A DNA stretch of 64,000 nt from contig JBDNIE010000365.1 of assembly GCA_041688425.1 (NCBI GenBank), positions 746 to 64,745 on the forward strand. The letters are read 5' to 3'. The position numbers were made by a program, and so were the translations under genes. The notes under the pieces were generated by a model that saw only the letters and a list, made by a program, of their open reading frames with translations, did not search any database and had not been told where the DNA came from. Positions 54,351 to 63,906 of this stretch are shown piece by piece. Every line of letters starts with the position of its first letter. Position 1 is the stretch's first letter. This DNA comes from Halioglobus sp. (GTDB lineage Bacteria > Pseudomonadota > Gammaproteobacteria > Pseudomonadales > Halieaceae).

Positions 54351-55211
54351 ATGTTACGACTAAAATCCTGCCTTTTGGCAACAAGCCTGCTCATCGCAGG
54401 CGCTATACAGCCGGTATTCGCCAGTGACAACAGCGCCGCACTGGCAGAAGTCGTCGCCGTGCGCAGCGACGAGGACAAAGCCCGCGACGGCGCGCGCCGC
54501 CCTGCTGAAACGCTTGCGTTTTTTCAGGTCGAGCCCGGCATGACGGTGGCCGAGGGGCTGCCAGGCGGTGGCTGGTATACGCGCATACTGGCCAACTACT
54601 TAGGGTCCGATGGTGTTCTCTACGGCGTTAACTATGCCGACCGCATGTGGCCAATGGTCGGGTACGGCAAGGAGGAATGGGTGGCGCAGCGGATCGCAGC
54701 AACCACTAACTATCCCGCTCAAGTAGCCACCTACTCCGACAACGGCATTACCGCGCTGGGTTTCACCTTCGAATCAGTGCCTCCGGAAGTAGAGGGCACT
54801 GTCGATCGGATATTGATGATTCGCGCCCTGCACAACCTCAATCGCTTTGAAGAGGAGGCCGGCACGTTCTCCAAGGCGCTGGCAAGTATGCGCGCCATGC
54901 TCAAGGATGATGGTCTGATCGGTGTCGTCCAGCACCGCGCGCCTGGAACAGCCGGCGACGACTGGGCCGATGGCAGTCGCGGTTATATGAGCCAGGCGGC
55001 TGTCATAGTGGCGTTTGAAGAAGCCGGTTTCGAACTGATAGCCGAGAGCGAGATCAACGCCAACCCGCTGGATAAGCCCGCCGGTGAGGATTCCGTATGG
55101 CGCCTGTCGCCCTCACTGCGCGGCAACGAGGACGATCCCGAACAGCAGGCGGCAATGGCCGCTATCGGTGAGTCGGACCGCATGACCCTGCTATTTCGCA
55201 AAGCACCATGA
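54351..55211 (+). CDS. exported class I SAM-dependent methyltransferase-like protein
   Basis: Signal peptide MLRLKSCLLATSLLIAGAIQPVFA, then GMTVAEGLPGGGWYTRILA (motif I-like). Confidence 0.65.
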   Translation: MLRLKSCLLATSLLIAGAIQPVFASDNSAALAEVVAVRSDEDKARDGARRPAETLAFFQVEPGMTVAEGLPGGGWYTRILANYLGSDGVLYGVNYADRMWPMVGYGKEEWVAQRIAATTNYPAQVATYSDNGITALGFTFESVPPEVEGTVDRILMIRALHNLNRFEEEAGTFSKALASMRAMLKDDGLIGVVQHRAPGTAGDDWADGSRGYMSQAAVIVAFEEAGFELIAESEINANPLDKPAGEDSVWRLSPSLRGNEDDPEQQAAMAAIGESDRMTLLFRKAP

Positions 55212-55229
55212 AATAGCTTTTTGTTATAT

Positions 55230-55251
55230 TATGATATAAAAATATATCATA
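55230..55251. promoter_or_regulatory. A/T-only perfect palindrome TATGATATA-aaaa-TATATCATA
   Basis: 9-bp arms read directly, 19 nt after the methyltransferase stop and just upstream of the predicted promoter. Confidence 0.35.
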
Positions 55252-55261
55252 TGGTTATATC

Positions 55262-55289
55262 TTGCACATTGAGCCATGCTCTCTATACT
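55262..55289 (+). promoter_or_regulatory. sigma70-like promoter TTGCAC-n16-TATACT
   Basis: -35 at 55262-55267 and -10 at 55284-55289 with 16-nt spacing, in a 409-bp non-coding gap. Confidence 0.45.
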
Positions 55290-55452
55290 CCAAACGTTGC
55301 GGTTAATTGGATGACTACCCGTTGAGGGCCACCGCTTCGTTTCGGGAAAGCTGGCAACCACGTGTCAGAGGTGTTTGCCACCGGGAGACCACATCCGATT
55401 TTTGCGGGCTGCGTAAACCCAGGCAACCAACTCATCGTGCTTTACCTGACCA

Positions 55453-55487
55453 CCGCCGTCGCTACCTTATTTGCGGCGGCGTTTTTT
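55453..55487 (+). terminator. intrinsic-terminator-like hairpin (CCGCCG-loop-CGGCGG) followed by T6
   Basis: Stem 55453-58 / 55474-79, tail TTTTTT 55482-87. Located about 135 nt upstream of the HAD-PlsC start. Confidence 0.4.
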
Positions 55488-55620
55488 ATGCCTGCCGTTT
55501 CTCTCTACCTGCCGATAGCACAATACCCATTGCGCCCTCCCCAATACCACTCTTGCCAACAGGAGACACACGCGCAGGACCAGAATAGGCTATGCTTCCG
55601 TCAAACAATAAGGGAGCGTT

Positions 55621-57183
55621 ATGAGTCAGCTAAAAAATCTGTTGCGCGACATCGAAAATTCACCCGACGGACCGCGCATTGCCGCTATCTTCGATTTTGA
55701 CGGCACACTTATCGCGGGCTACTCAGCCACGACCTTTATTCGTGAGCAACTGAGGCGCGGCGACTTGTCGTCACGCCAGTTTGTCGAATTGATGCGCGCC
55801 ATGACCAGCTTCGGACTGGGCAATATGGGCTTCTCCGGCATGATGGCCATTAATGCCCAGTTTATGCGTGGTATTGAGGAAGATACCTACCATGAGGTAG
55901 GGCAAGAACTGTACACAAAACAGATCGCACGCCTCATCTACCCGGAATCGCGTACCCTGGTTGAAGCGCATCAGTCCAAGGGCCACACCGTGGCGATCAT
56001 TTCTTCGGCGACACCGTATCAGGTGGAACCGGCTGCAGCGGATCTGGGTATCGAGCATGTTCTGTGCACCCAATTAGAGGTGAAGGGCGGTAAGTTCACC
56101 GGCAGTGTGGTCAGCCCAACCTGCTTCGGGCAGGGAAAAGTGGATGCCGCGGAGGCACTCGCACGACAGTATCGCGCAGACCTCAACAACAGTTTCTTCT
56201 ACTCCGACAGCTCGGATGATCTGCTGCTGCTGGAGCGTGTCGGCCTGCCCCGCGCCTTGAATCCTAGTAAAAACCTCGAGCGCATTGCGCGCGGCCGTCA
56301 ATGGCCGGTGGCAAGATTCGGCAGCCGCGGGCGACCTACACTCACGCAGTTTGCGCGCTCCGTCGCCGCCACCGGTTCGCTGGTGACCTCGTTTATGGCG
56401 GGCTTGCCGGTGTATGCACTCACTGGATCTCGGCGCGAGTCGCAGAATTTTTCCTTCTCACTATTTGCCGATACCGCGAGTGCGCTTATCGGGATGAATA
56501 TCAAGGTGAACGGTGAACAGCACCTGTGGTCGCAGCGGCCAGCAGTGTTCGTATTCAATCACCAGAGCAAGGCTGATGTTGTGATCACCGCCAAACTGCT
56601 GCGCCGCGATATCGTCGGGGTGGGCAAACAGGAAATCAAGAAAGAGACGCCTCTCCTCGGCATGGTGATGGAACTGGGCGGCGTTGTGTTTATCGACCGC
56701 GCCGACGGTGCAAGTGCAATTAGCGCGATGCAACCGCTGGTTGACGTCATGCGCAAGGACGGCAAGTCGGTAGTGATCGCGCCCGAGGGGACGCGAACCG
56801 TGTCGCCCAAATTGGCACCTTTCAAGAAAGGCGCCTTCCACCTGGCGATGCAAGCCGGCGTGCCCATCGTGCCCATCGTCATCCACAATGCCGGCGATGT
56901 CGCGCCCAAAGGCGATTTCGTGTTCCGCCCCGCCACCGTGATTGTGGACGTACTGCCGCCCGTTGATACCAGCGCCTGGCGCGTGGACACCATTGACGAA
57001 CATGTGCGCGAAGTGCGCAACATGTTCGCGCGCGCACTCGGACAGCCCGAAGACAAGCGGCCAAAGTCGAAAACAGTTGCCCGAACCAGCGCGGTGAAAG
57101 TAAAGACACCCGCCAGGCCGGCGAGGCCAAAACTACAGGCCAAGTCCTCGGGTAAATCTGCACCGAAGAAAAAGACCAAGTGA
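55621..57183 (+). CDS. bifunctional HAD-IB phosphatase-like / 1-acyl-sn-glycerol-3-phosphate acyltransferase (PlsC-type) fusion
   Basis: HAD motif I FDFDGTL. Acyltransferase boxes NHQSKADV (H-x4-D), FIDR and APEGTR. Lys/Pro-rich C-terminal tail. Confidence 0.85.
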   Translation: MSQLKNLLRDIENSPDGPRIAAIFDFDGTLIAGYSATTFIREQLRRGDLSSRQFVELMRAMTSFGLGNMGFSGMMAINAQFMRGIEEDTYHEVGQELYTKQIARLIYPESRTLVEAHQSKGHTVAIISSATPYQVEPAAADLGIEHVLCTQLEVKGGKFTGSVVSPTCFGQGKVDAAEALARQYRADLNNSFFYSDSSDDLLLLERVGLPRALNPSKNLERIARGRQWPVARFGSRGRPTLTQFARSVAATGSLVTSFMAGLPVYALTGSRRESQNFSFSLFADTASALIGMNIKVNGEQHLWSQRPAVFVFNHQSKADVVITAKLLRRDIVGVGKQEIKKETPLLGMVMELGGVVFIDRADGASAISAMQPLVDVMRKDGKSVVIAPEGTRTVSPKLAPFKKGAFHLAMQAGVPIVPIVIHNAGDVAPKGDFVFRPATVIVDVLPPVDTSAWRVDTIDEHVREVRNMFARALGQPEDKRPKSKTVARTSAVKVKTPARPARPKLQAKSSGKSAPKKKTK

Positions 57184-59534
57184 CAAAAGGACAAACGGGC
57201 GTGGATCTGAGAAGCAAGTACGCATTGCGCAACCCATGGCCGAGCCATCAACAACAGACAATTCTGTTTATACTCGACACTCATAACAGTTTTGAACAGG
57301 AACTACTGCGCAGCTGGATAGGCCACCACAGCGCCGACCCGGCAAGCGCAGCACCGCAGGTTTGCCTGCACCTGCGCGACGAACAACGGGGCATTGACAG
57401 TGCACCGCTGTTCGCGGCGCTGGACCTGCCGCAAGACACACTCGTAACGCCGCTGCGTATCGCATGGTTGCCCTCGCAAGAGGCGATCAACTCGGGGCCG
57501 CGTCTGCGCGACCTGATTTTTGGCGACCCCCGCCATCCCGGCGTTCGGCGTGCCCGTAAAATCCTCAGTCGTGCGCCCGAGCGCATGCATCTGCTGCGCG
57601 GCGAGCCCGATACCATCGCTAATCTACGAGAGCGCTTTGCACACACCCACAAAACCGGGGATGGCAATACCCAGCGCGAGTTTGCCGATTTCGTCGCTCG
57701 CCAGGCTGTTGTGGTGCTGGATCTGGCGGAGCGCAGGCTACAGGGTGGGCGCTACAAGGTACCCAGACAAGTGGCGGCCAGCCTCTTGGCCAGCCGCGGT
57801 TACAACCAAGCGTTGGACGGGCTTGCACAGGAAAGTGGCATACCCAAAGAGCAACTGGTGAAAGAAGCATCCACTTACATGGATGAAATGGTATCGCGTC
57901 CGCGCACTTTCTGGCTGGACTTCTACGCGAAGTTCAACAAATTTTGCCTGGGCCTGGGCTACGAGGAAGAAATTGTCTGCGACCAGGCCGATGTCGAGAG
58001 AATGCGCCAGGTGGTGCGTGAATATCCCTCGATGCTGCTATGGACTCACAAGACCTATCTCGATGGCATGGTGGTACCCAAACTGCTGTATGACAACGAC
58101 TTCCCAATGCCGCATATGTTCGGCGGGGCGAACATGAATTTTCCTGGACTGGGCTTTCTGCTGCACCGTGCGGGGGCCATCTTTATCCGGCGCAGTTTTC
58201 AGGACAACGAGCTGTATAAAATCACCCTACGCCACTACATCGGCTACCTCATGGAAAAACGCTTCCCTATGAACTGGGCGTTTGAAGGGACCCGGTCGCG
58301 TCTGGGCAAACTCATGCCGCCACGCTACGGCCTGTTGAAATATGTGCTGGAGGCCTGCCACGCCACGGATGCAAGGAATATACACATCATTCCGATTTCC
58401 ATCAGTTACGACCTTATTCGCGATGTAGAGGAGTACGCTACTGAACAAACAAGCCAGGGCAAGGGCGCAGAGTCACTGCGCTGGCTGATCGGCTACATTC
58501 GCAGCCTGGCAAGGCCCATGGGCAAAGTCTATGTGGATATCGGGGAGCCGGTGGTGTTGGCAACAGCACCGGACCCTGAGGATAAACTGGCACTATCCAA
58601 GATCGCCTTTGAAGTGGCCGTCGAGGCCAACCACGTGACCGCCATTACCTTCCCTTCGCTGGTCACCATGAGCCTGCTGGGTGCTGCGCCGAGAGCACTG
58701 ACGCAGGATGAAGTATTGGCAGACCTGCGCGCCCTGCTGCGCTGGGCTCAGGAGCGCAACCTGCGTATCTCCAAAGACTTCGACCCGGCCTATGCCGATC
58801 AGTTGCCCAGTATGATCAGTATCATGCTCGACGAAGGCATCGTCACGCGTTATGACGAGGGCCCCGAAGTGGTGTACGGCATCGGTCTGAATCAACATCC
58901 AGTCGCCAGCTACTACCGCAACACGGTGATTCACTTTTTCGTCAACAAGGCCATCATCGAACTGGCCTTGTTAAAGGCCAGTGAGAACGAGGGTTCCGAT
59001 GCACTGGACGTGTTCTGGGCCGAAGTGGACCAGTTGCGCGACTTGTTCAAGTTTGAATTTTTCTATGCGCCGACCGCAGAATTCCACCGCCAGATACGTG
59101 AAGAACTGGATCGCTACGACAACAACTGGCCTGAGCTGCTGGGCAAAGGCGCGCAGGGGTTTACGCAATTACTCAATCGCATGATTCCACTGGTATCACA
59201 TGTGACACTGCTGATCTATGCCGAGGCCTACTCGGTGGTGGCTGCGCTGGCCGCCGGCAAAGACCACACAGCAACACTGGACGAGAATACCTGCGTTGCT
59301 GAGGCCCTCAAGTTTGGTCGGCAAGCCTATCTACAGCGCCGCATTAGTAGCGAAGCTTCTATCGGCAAGCTGCTGTTCAAGAACGGTTTTAAAGTACTAC
59401 AGAGTCGAAGACTGACTGATGCCTCAGAGCCCGCCGTCGGCGAACAGCGGCGCGAGCTGTCGCGGCAGTTACGCGACCTGTTGCGACGCCTGGATCTGAT
59501 CCGCGCTATTGGCGTGGCCAGTCGCAGCAGTTAG
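57180..59534 (+). CDS. glycerol-3-phosphate acyltransferase, PlsB-like (about 780 aa)
   Basis: LLWTHKTYLDG (H-x4-D), FIRR, FEGTRSRLGK and IIPISISYD GPAT blocks. GTG start overlaps the upstream stop (GTGA). Confidence 0.85.
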   Translation: MTKGQTGVDLRSKYALRNPWPSHQQQTILFILDTHNSFEQELLRSWIGHHSADPASAAPQVCLHLRDEQRGIDSAPLFAALDLPQDTLVTPLRIAWLPSQEAINSGPRLRDLIFGDPRHPGVRRARKILSRAPERMHLLRGEPDTIANLRERFAHTHKTGDGNTQREFADFVARQAVVVLDLAERRLQGGRYKVPRQVAASLLASRGYNQALDGLAQESGIPKEQLVKEASTYMDEMVSRPRTFWLDFYAKFNKFCLGLGYEEEIVCDQADVERMRQVVREYPSMLLWTHKTYLDGMVVPKLLYDNDFPMPHMFGGANMNFPGLGFLLHRAGAIFIRRSFQDNELYKITLRHYIGYLMEKRFPMNWAFEGTRSRLGKLMPPRYGLLKYVLEACHATDARNIHIIPISISYDLIRDVEEYATEQTSQGKGAESLRWLIGYIRSLARPMGKVYVDIGEPVVLATAPDPEDKLALSKIAFEVAVEANHVTAITFPSLVTMSLLGAAPRALTQDEVLADLRALLRWAQERNLRISKDFDPAYADQLPSMISIMLDEGIVTRYDEGPEVVYGIGLNQHPVASYYRNTVIHFFVNKAIIELALLKASENEGSDALDVFWAEVDQLRDLFKFEFFYAPTAEFHRQIREELDRYDNNWPELLGKGAQGFTQLLNRMIPLVSHVTLLIYAEAYSVVAALAAGKDHTATLDENTCVAEALKFGRQAYLQRRISSEASIGKLLFKNGFKVLQSRRLTDASEPAVGEQRRELSRQLRDLLRRLDLIRAIGVASRSS

Positions 59535-59590
59535 CATGCGTCGATCAGTACGCGTCGGACCACAGAGTTTGGTTTAGGAGAGTAGTCACA

Positions 59591-60595
59591 ATGACAGAAT
59601 TGAACGTTGCCGTCTTAGGCGGCGGTTCCTGGGGTACCACGGTCGCGTCACTGGTGACGCGCAATGCGCCGGTTATGTTGTGGGCGAGGAACCCCGACAC
59701 TGTGACCGAAATCAATACACACCACACCAACGAAGTCTATCTGCCTGGTGCGACACTGCCGGAGAAGCTCGTGGCTACTAACGATATTGCCGAGGCCGTG
59801 CAGGGTGCCGATGTCATTGTGATGGGCATACCGTCGCAAAACTTTCGCGCCGTACTACTTGAGGTAAAAAAGTACATTCGAGCCTGGGTGCCGGTGATCA
59901 GCCTGACCAAAGGTCTGGAACTGGATACCCGACTGCGCATGACACAGATCATCACCGAAGTGCTGCCCGGGCACCCGGTTGGCGTTCTCACCGGGCCCAA
60001 TCTGGCGCGCGAGATTATGGCCGGGCAAGCCGCCGCCAGTGTGATTGCCATGGAAGACGAGATCATCGTTCAGGAGCTACAGAACGTTTTCAAAAGTGGC
60101 CTGTTCCGGATCTATACCAACACTGATGTCATCGGGTGCGAGCTCGGCGGCGTGCTGAAAAATATCATTGCCATCGCAGTAGGCATGGGCGATGGACAGG
60201 GTGCGGGCGACAACACCCGCGCCGGGCTGATCACACGCGGCCTGGCGGAAGTGACGCGTCTGGGTGTTGCAATGGGCGGCCGCGCCGAGACATTCTCCGG
60301 CCTCGCCGGCATAGGCGACATGATCGCCACTTGCACCAGTGCACAGAGCCGCAATCGCCATGTGGGCATACAGCTGGGTAAAGGCCGGAATATGCCGGAA
60401 ATCATCAGTGAAATGGTGATGGTGGCAGAAGGTGCCAAAAGTGCGCCTGCGGTGATGGCGCTGGCAGAACAGTACGGCGTGGAAATGCCGATCGCCAGGG
60501 ACGTCTATCGAGTGCTGTCGGGCGACGCGACAGCCAGCCGCGCATTCCGCGGTTTGCTGCGCGTGGAGGCCGGGGCTGAGTCGGAGCCGGGCTGA
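59591..60595 (+). CDS. gpsA: NAD(P)H-dependent glycerol-3-phosphate dehydrogenase
   Basis: VAVLGGGSWGTT, GPNLAREI, GVLKNIIAIAVG and AEG..SA motifs of GpsA. Confidence 0.9.
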   Translation: MTELNVAVLGGGSWGTTVASLVTRNAPVMLWARNPDTVTEINTHHTNEVYLPGATLPEKLVATNDIAEAVQGADVIVMGIPSQNFRAVLLEVKKYIRAWVPVISLTKGLELDTRLRMTQIITEVLPGHPVGVLTGPNLAREIMAGQAAASVIAMEDEIIVQELQNVFKSGLFRIYTNTDVIGCELGGVLKNIIAIAVGMGDGQGAGDNTRAGLITRGLAEVTRLGVAMGGRAETFSGLAGIGDMIATCTSAQSRNRHVGIQLGKGRNMPEIISEMVMVAEGAKSAPAVMALAEQYGVEMPIARDVYRVLSGDATASRAFRGLLRVEAGAESEPG

Positions 60596-60735
60596 GCGCT
60601 AATGGCTATCGGCCATTGAACTGGAGGCGACACGCCATTGAAGGCATACTCTTCCGGCGCCCAGACATCGGCGCCCTCTTCGAGGTGTGAACACACACCT
60701 TCTGATAACAACAACCTGAACGGGAACCAGAAATC

Positions 60736-61575
60736 GTGAGCAAGTACTTCACTAAGGCGACGTTCGCTGTGCTGATCATGGCCATCGCGTGGCCCAGCGT
60801 CGCTGACGACTCTCGCTTCACCGACCTCCCGGGCGACCCCGAGCTGCGCTCTGCCTCCGCCATTGTGCTCGATGCGCACGGCAACCTGATATATGGCAAG
60901 GATGTCGACACTGTTCGTCCCATTGCCTCCATCACCAAGCTGATGACGGCAATGGTGGTGCTGGATGCCGAGCTGGATCTGGATGAAACAATCATCATCG
61001 CCGATGACGATCGCGACCGCATTCGGATGACAGGTTCACGACTGGGCGTTGGCACGACACTCGCGCGGCGCGACCTGCTATTGCTGGCCCTCATGTCCTC
61101 GGAAAATCGCGCCGCTACTGCACTGGGCAGAACCTACCCTGGCGGGATGGACGCGTTTGTCGAGCAGATGAACAGTAAAGCTGCCAGCCTCGACATGCAC
61201 GACAGCCGTTTTGCCGACCCCGCAGGACTCGACGCAGCGAATGTCTCCACCGCCAGCGATCTAGCGAGAATGTTGGCCGCTGCACATCAGTACCCATTGA
61301 TAACAGCATCTACTACAACCCCTGATTGGGAGGTGCGCCCTTCCAACAAAAGTGGACCGTTAACTTTTATCAACACCAATCGGCTGCTGAAGAGCAGTAA
61401 CTGGCACATCGACCTGAGCAAAACCGGTTACATCAACGAGGCCGGACGCTGTCTGGTCATGCACGCCAGCATCGAGGGTGAAGAAGTGTCTATCGTCTTG
61501 CTGAATTCTTTTGGCAAGCTAACGCCTTTTGGCGACTCAAACCGGCTGCGCAAATGGATGCTGGCTAACGGCTGA
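60736..61575 (+). CDS. D-alanyl-D-alanine endopeptidase (PBP7/PbpG-like, peptidase S11)
   Basis: Signal peptide plus SITKLMT (SxxK), SEN and KTG boxes. Confidence 0.85.
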   Translation: MSKYFTKATFAVLIMAIAWPSVADDSRFTDLPGDPELRSASAIVLDAHGNLIYGKDVDTVRPIASITKLMTAMVVLDAELDLDETIIIADDDRDRIRMTGSRLGVGTTLARRDLLLLALMSSENRAATALGRTYPGGMDAFVEQMNSKAASLDMHDSRFADPAGLDAANVSTASDLARMLAAAHQYPLITASTTTPDWEVRPSNKSGPLTFINTNRLLKSSNWHIDLSKTGYINEAGRCLVMHASIEGEEVSIVLLNSFGKLTPFGDSNRLRKWMLANG

Positions 61576-61655
61576 AGCCATGGTCGACGCGCACGCCTTG
61601 ACCCACAGACGGCGCACTGAAACACTGGTCCAATATTGGCGTACAGGGTAAGGAC

Positions 61656-62576
61656 ATGATCAATCGTCGGCAGGTTTTACAATTGAGTGCAGGTCTGCTG
61701 GCATATCCCGCACTGCGCGCTTTCGCGTCGGAATCCGCCGTCAAGCTGCCACTGATACAGCGGCCCATCCCCAGCTCAGGAGAAATGCTACCGGTCATGG
61801 GCATGGGTACCTCCCGCACGTTTGATACCGCCGCTGATGAGCAGTCTCTGGCGTTACTGACTGAAGTCATGCAATTCTTTTTTGCCGGTAAAGGCACCAT
61901 TATCGATTCATCACCCATGTACGGTAACGCCGAGACGCGGGTCGGTGACGTATTGCGCGCCATGAAGCATCTGCCGCCAGTATTTGCCGCTACCAAAGTC
62001 TGGACCACCGGTAAGGAGCGCGGCATTGCACAGATGGAGGAATCCGCAAGGCGTATGAACGTCAAAACGTTTGACTTGATCGCCGTGCACAATCTGCAGG
62101 ACTGGAAAACACACCTGGCCACACTCAACGAGTGGAAAAAAGAGGGCAAGGTGCGTTACATCGGCATCACCACCTCGCATGGTCGCGATCATGGACAGCT
62201 GATGGAAGTCATGCGCAGCGAGCCGCTGGATTTCGTCCAGTTCAGCTACAACATCGAGGACCGTGAGGCGGAGGAGGCCCTGCTGCCTCTGGCGCAGGAT
62301 AAAGGCATCGCCACGATGATCAATCGTCCTTACCAGCGCGGAGCCCTGTTCGGAAAATCCCACGACCATGCCCTACCCGCAATGGCTGCGGAGCTTGACT
62401 GTAGCAGCTGGGCGCAGTTCTTTCTGAAGTTTATCCTCGGGCATCCGGCTGTAACCTGCATCATCCCCGCCACCGCCGTACCCGCACATATGGCAGACAA
62501 TATGCTGGCCAACTTCGGTCGGGTCCCCGATCGGGCGCAGCGCGCTGAAATGCTTCGAATCTTCGAGTCGCTATAG
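61656..62576 (+). CDS. aldo/keto reductase with twin-arginine (Tat) signal peptide
   Basis: MINRRQVLQLSAGLLAYPALRAFA, then AKR motifs (GMGTSRTF, IDSSPMYGNAE, YIGITT). Confidence 0.85.
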   Translation: MINRRQVLQLSAGLLAYPALRAFASESAVKLPLIQRPIPSSGEMLPVMGMGTSRTFDTAADEQSLALLTEVMQFFFAGKGTIIDSSPMYGNAETRVGDVLRAMKHLPPVFAATKVWTTGKERGIAQMEESARRMNVKTFDLIAVHNLQDWKTHLATLNEWKKEGKVRYIGITTSHGRDHGQLMEVMRSEPLDFVQFSYNIEDREAEEALLPLAQDKGIATMINRPYQRGALFGKSHDHALPAMAAELDCSSWAQFFLKFILGHPAVTCIIPATAVPAHMADNMLANFGRVPDRAQRAEMLRIFESL

Positions 62577-62577
62577 T

Positions 62578-63906
62578 ATGAGCAATGAATCCAACGGCGG
62601 AGGATGGCTCCGACGCATTCTGGCACGGGCTTGCGACATTGAGCCAGAGGAGACGCGCGCCACGCTGGCCTCATTCCTGTTAGTTTTTTTGCTAATGGGT
62701 TCCTATTACATCCTGCGCCCGGTGCGCGACGCACTCGCCAGTAACTGGACTGATGCGGAAGTCAGCTGGCTGTGGACGATCACCTTTTTTATCAGCACCA
62801 TCGCGGTTTACCTCTACGGTGGAGCAATTTCCCGCATTCGTTTCCAGCGCCTGGTGCCTTCGGTCTACGGACTGTTTGCCGTGAGCTTTGTACTGTTCTA
62901 CATCGGCGAAAATACGCTCGCCGAGAGCACGCTGCTGGATAAGAGTTTTTATCTCTGGGTCAGTCTATTCAGCCTGTTTCATATTTCGGTGTTCTGGAGC
63001 TTCATGGCCGACACCTTTTCCAAACCTCAGGCAACCCGATTATTCGGCTTTATCGGCGCCGGGGCCAGCGCCGGGGGTATCGTTGGCCCAGCAACGGCGT
63101 CGCTGCTGGTAGGCGATATGGGCACTGACGTTCTCCTGTTGATTGCCAGCGCAATGGTGGTAATGGCGCTACCTGTGGTCCGCTGGGTGCAGCTCTTGAA
63201 GGTAACAGACCTGCACAATGAACGCCTCGCACTAGACACCGCCAACCTCGCCATCGGCGGTAACCCGCTAGCCGGCTTTACGGTATTTCTGCAAAGCCGC
63301 TATCTGTTGGCCATCGGCCTGTTCCTGTTCCTTTACACCTTCATCTCTGCCTTTGTCTATTTCGAGTTAAAAAACCTGCTGGATGTGTACGACGAGCAAA
63401 CACGCACGCGCATTTGGGCGAATATGGACCTGATAGTCAATTCGCTCACCATCGTAGTCTCGGTATTCGCGACCGGGCGCATCGCCAAATATATGGGCAT
63501 GCCGTTTACGCTGGCATCGGTTCCCGTGCTTATCGGCGCCGGCCTGCTGTTTCTGGCCGCAGCGCCGATGGTCAGTGTGGTAGTGGGCATCCAGATCATC
63601 CGCAGAGCAGGGAACTATGCGATATCACGGCCAGCGCGTGAGATGCTGTTCACCACGGTGGACCGGGAAACCCGCTTCAAGGCCAAACCGGTTATCGATA
63701 TTGTGATCTACCGTGGCGGTGACATGCTCAGCGCCTGGGCTTTTACCGGCCTGACACAGCTGCTGGGGCTGGGACTGGCCGCCGTAGCGGCGGTTGGCGC
63801 GGGGGTCGCGGTACTCTGGGCGATTACGGGGATCTATCTGGGGCGGCAGTTCAACGCCACGTCTGCGCCAGATGCGGCACCCGCCGCGCTGCCAGAAGTT
63901 GAATAG
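62578..63906 (+). CDS. TLC/Npt-like (ATP/ADP-translocase-related) MFS-type transporter
   Basis: 12 TM segments. N-terminal FLLVFLLMGSYYILRPVRDAL resembles the conserved first helix of TLC-family carriers. The ATG is 1 nt after the AKR stop. Confidence 0.65.
   Translation: MSNESNGGGWLRRILARACDIEPEETRATLASFLLVFLLMGSYYILRPVRDALASNWTDAEVSWLWTITFFISTIAVYLYGGAISRIRFQRLVPSVYGLFAVSFVLFYIGENTLAESTLLDKSFYLWVSLFSLFHISVFWSFMADTFSKPQATRLFGFIGAGASAGGIVGPATASLLVGDMGTDVLLLIASAMVVMALPVVRWVQLLKVTDLHNERLALDTANLAIGGNPLAGFTVFLQSRYLLAIGLFLFLYTFISAFVYFELKNLLDVYDEQTRTRIWANMDLIVNSLTIVVSVFATGRIAKYMGMPFTLASVPVLIGAGLLFLAAAPMVSVVVGIQIIRRAGNYAISRPAREMLFTTVDRETRFKAKPVIDIVIYRGGDMLSAWAFTGLTQLLGLGLAAVAAVGAGVAVLWAITGIYLGRQFNATSAPDAAPAALPEVE

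Noticed and set aside
55307-55700. Two overlapping plus-strand ORFs (93 and 112 aa) in the gap upstream of the HAD-PlsC gene.
   Set aside because: They have no RBS and odd composition, and one runs 80 nt into the PlsC gene out of frame. The region is better explained as an untranslated leader or sRNA, although a short membrane peptide is not fully excluded.
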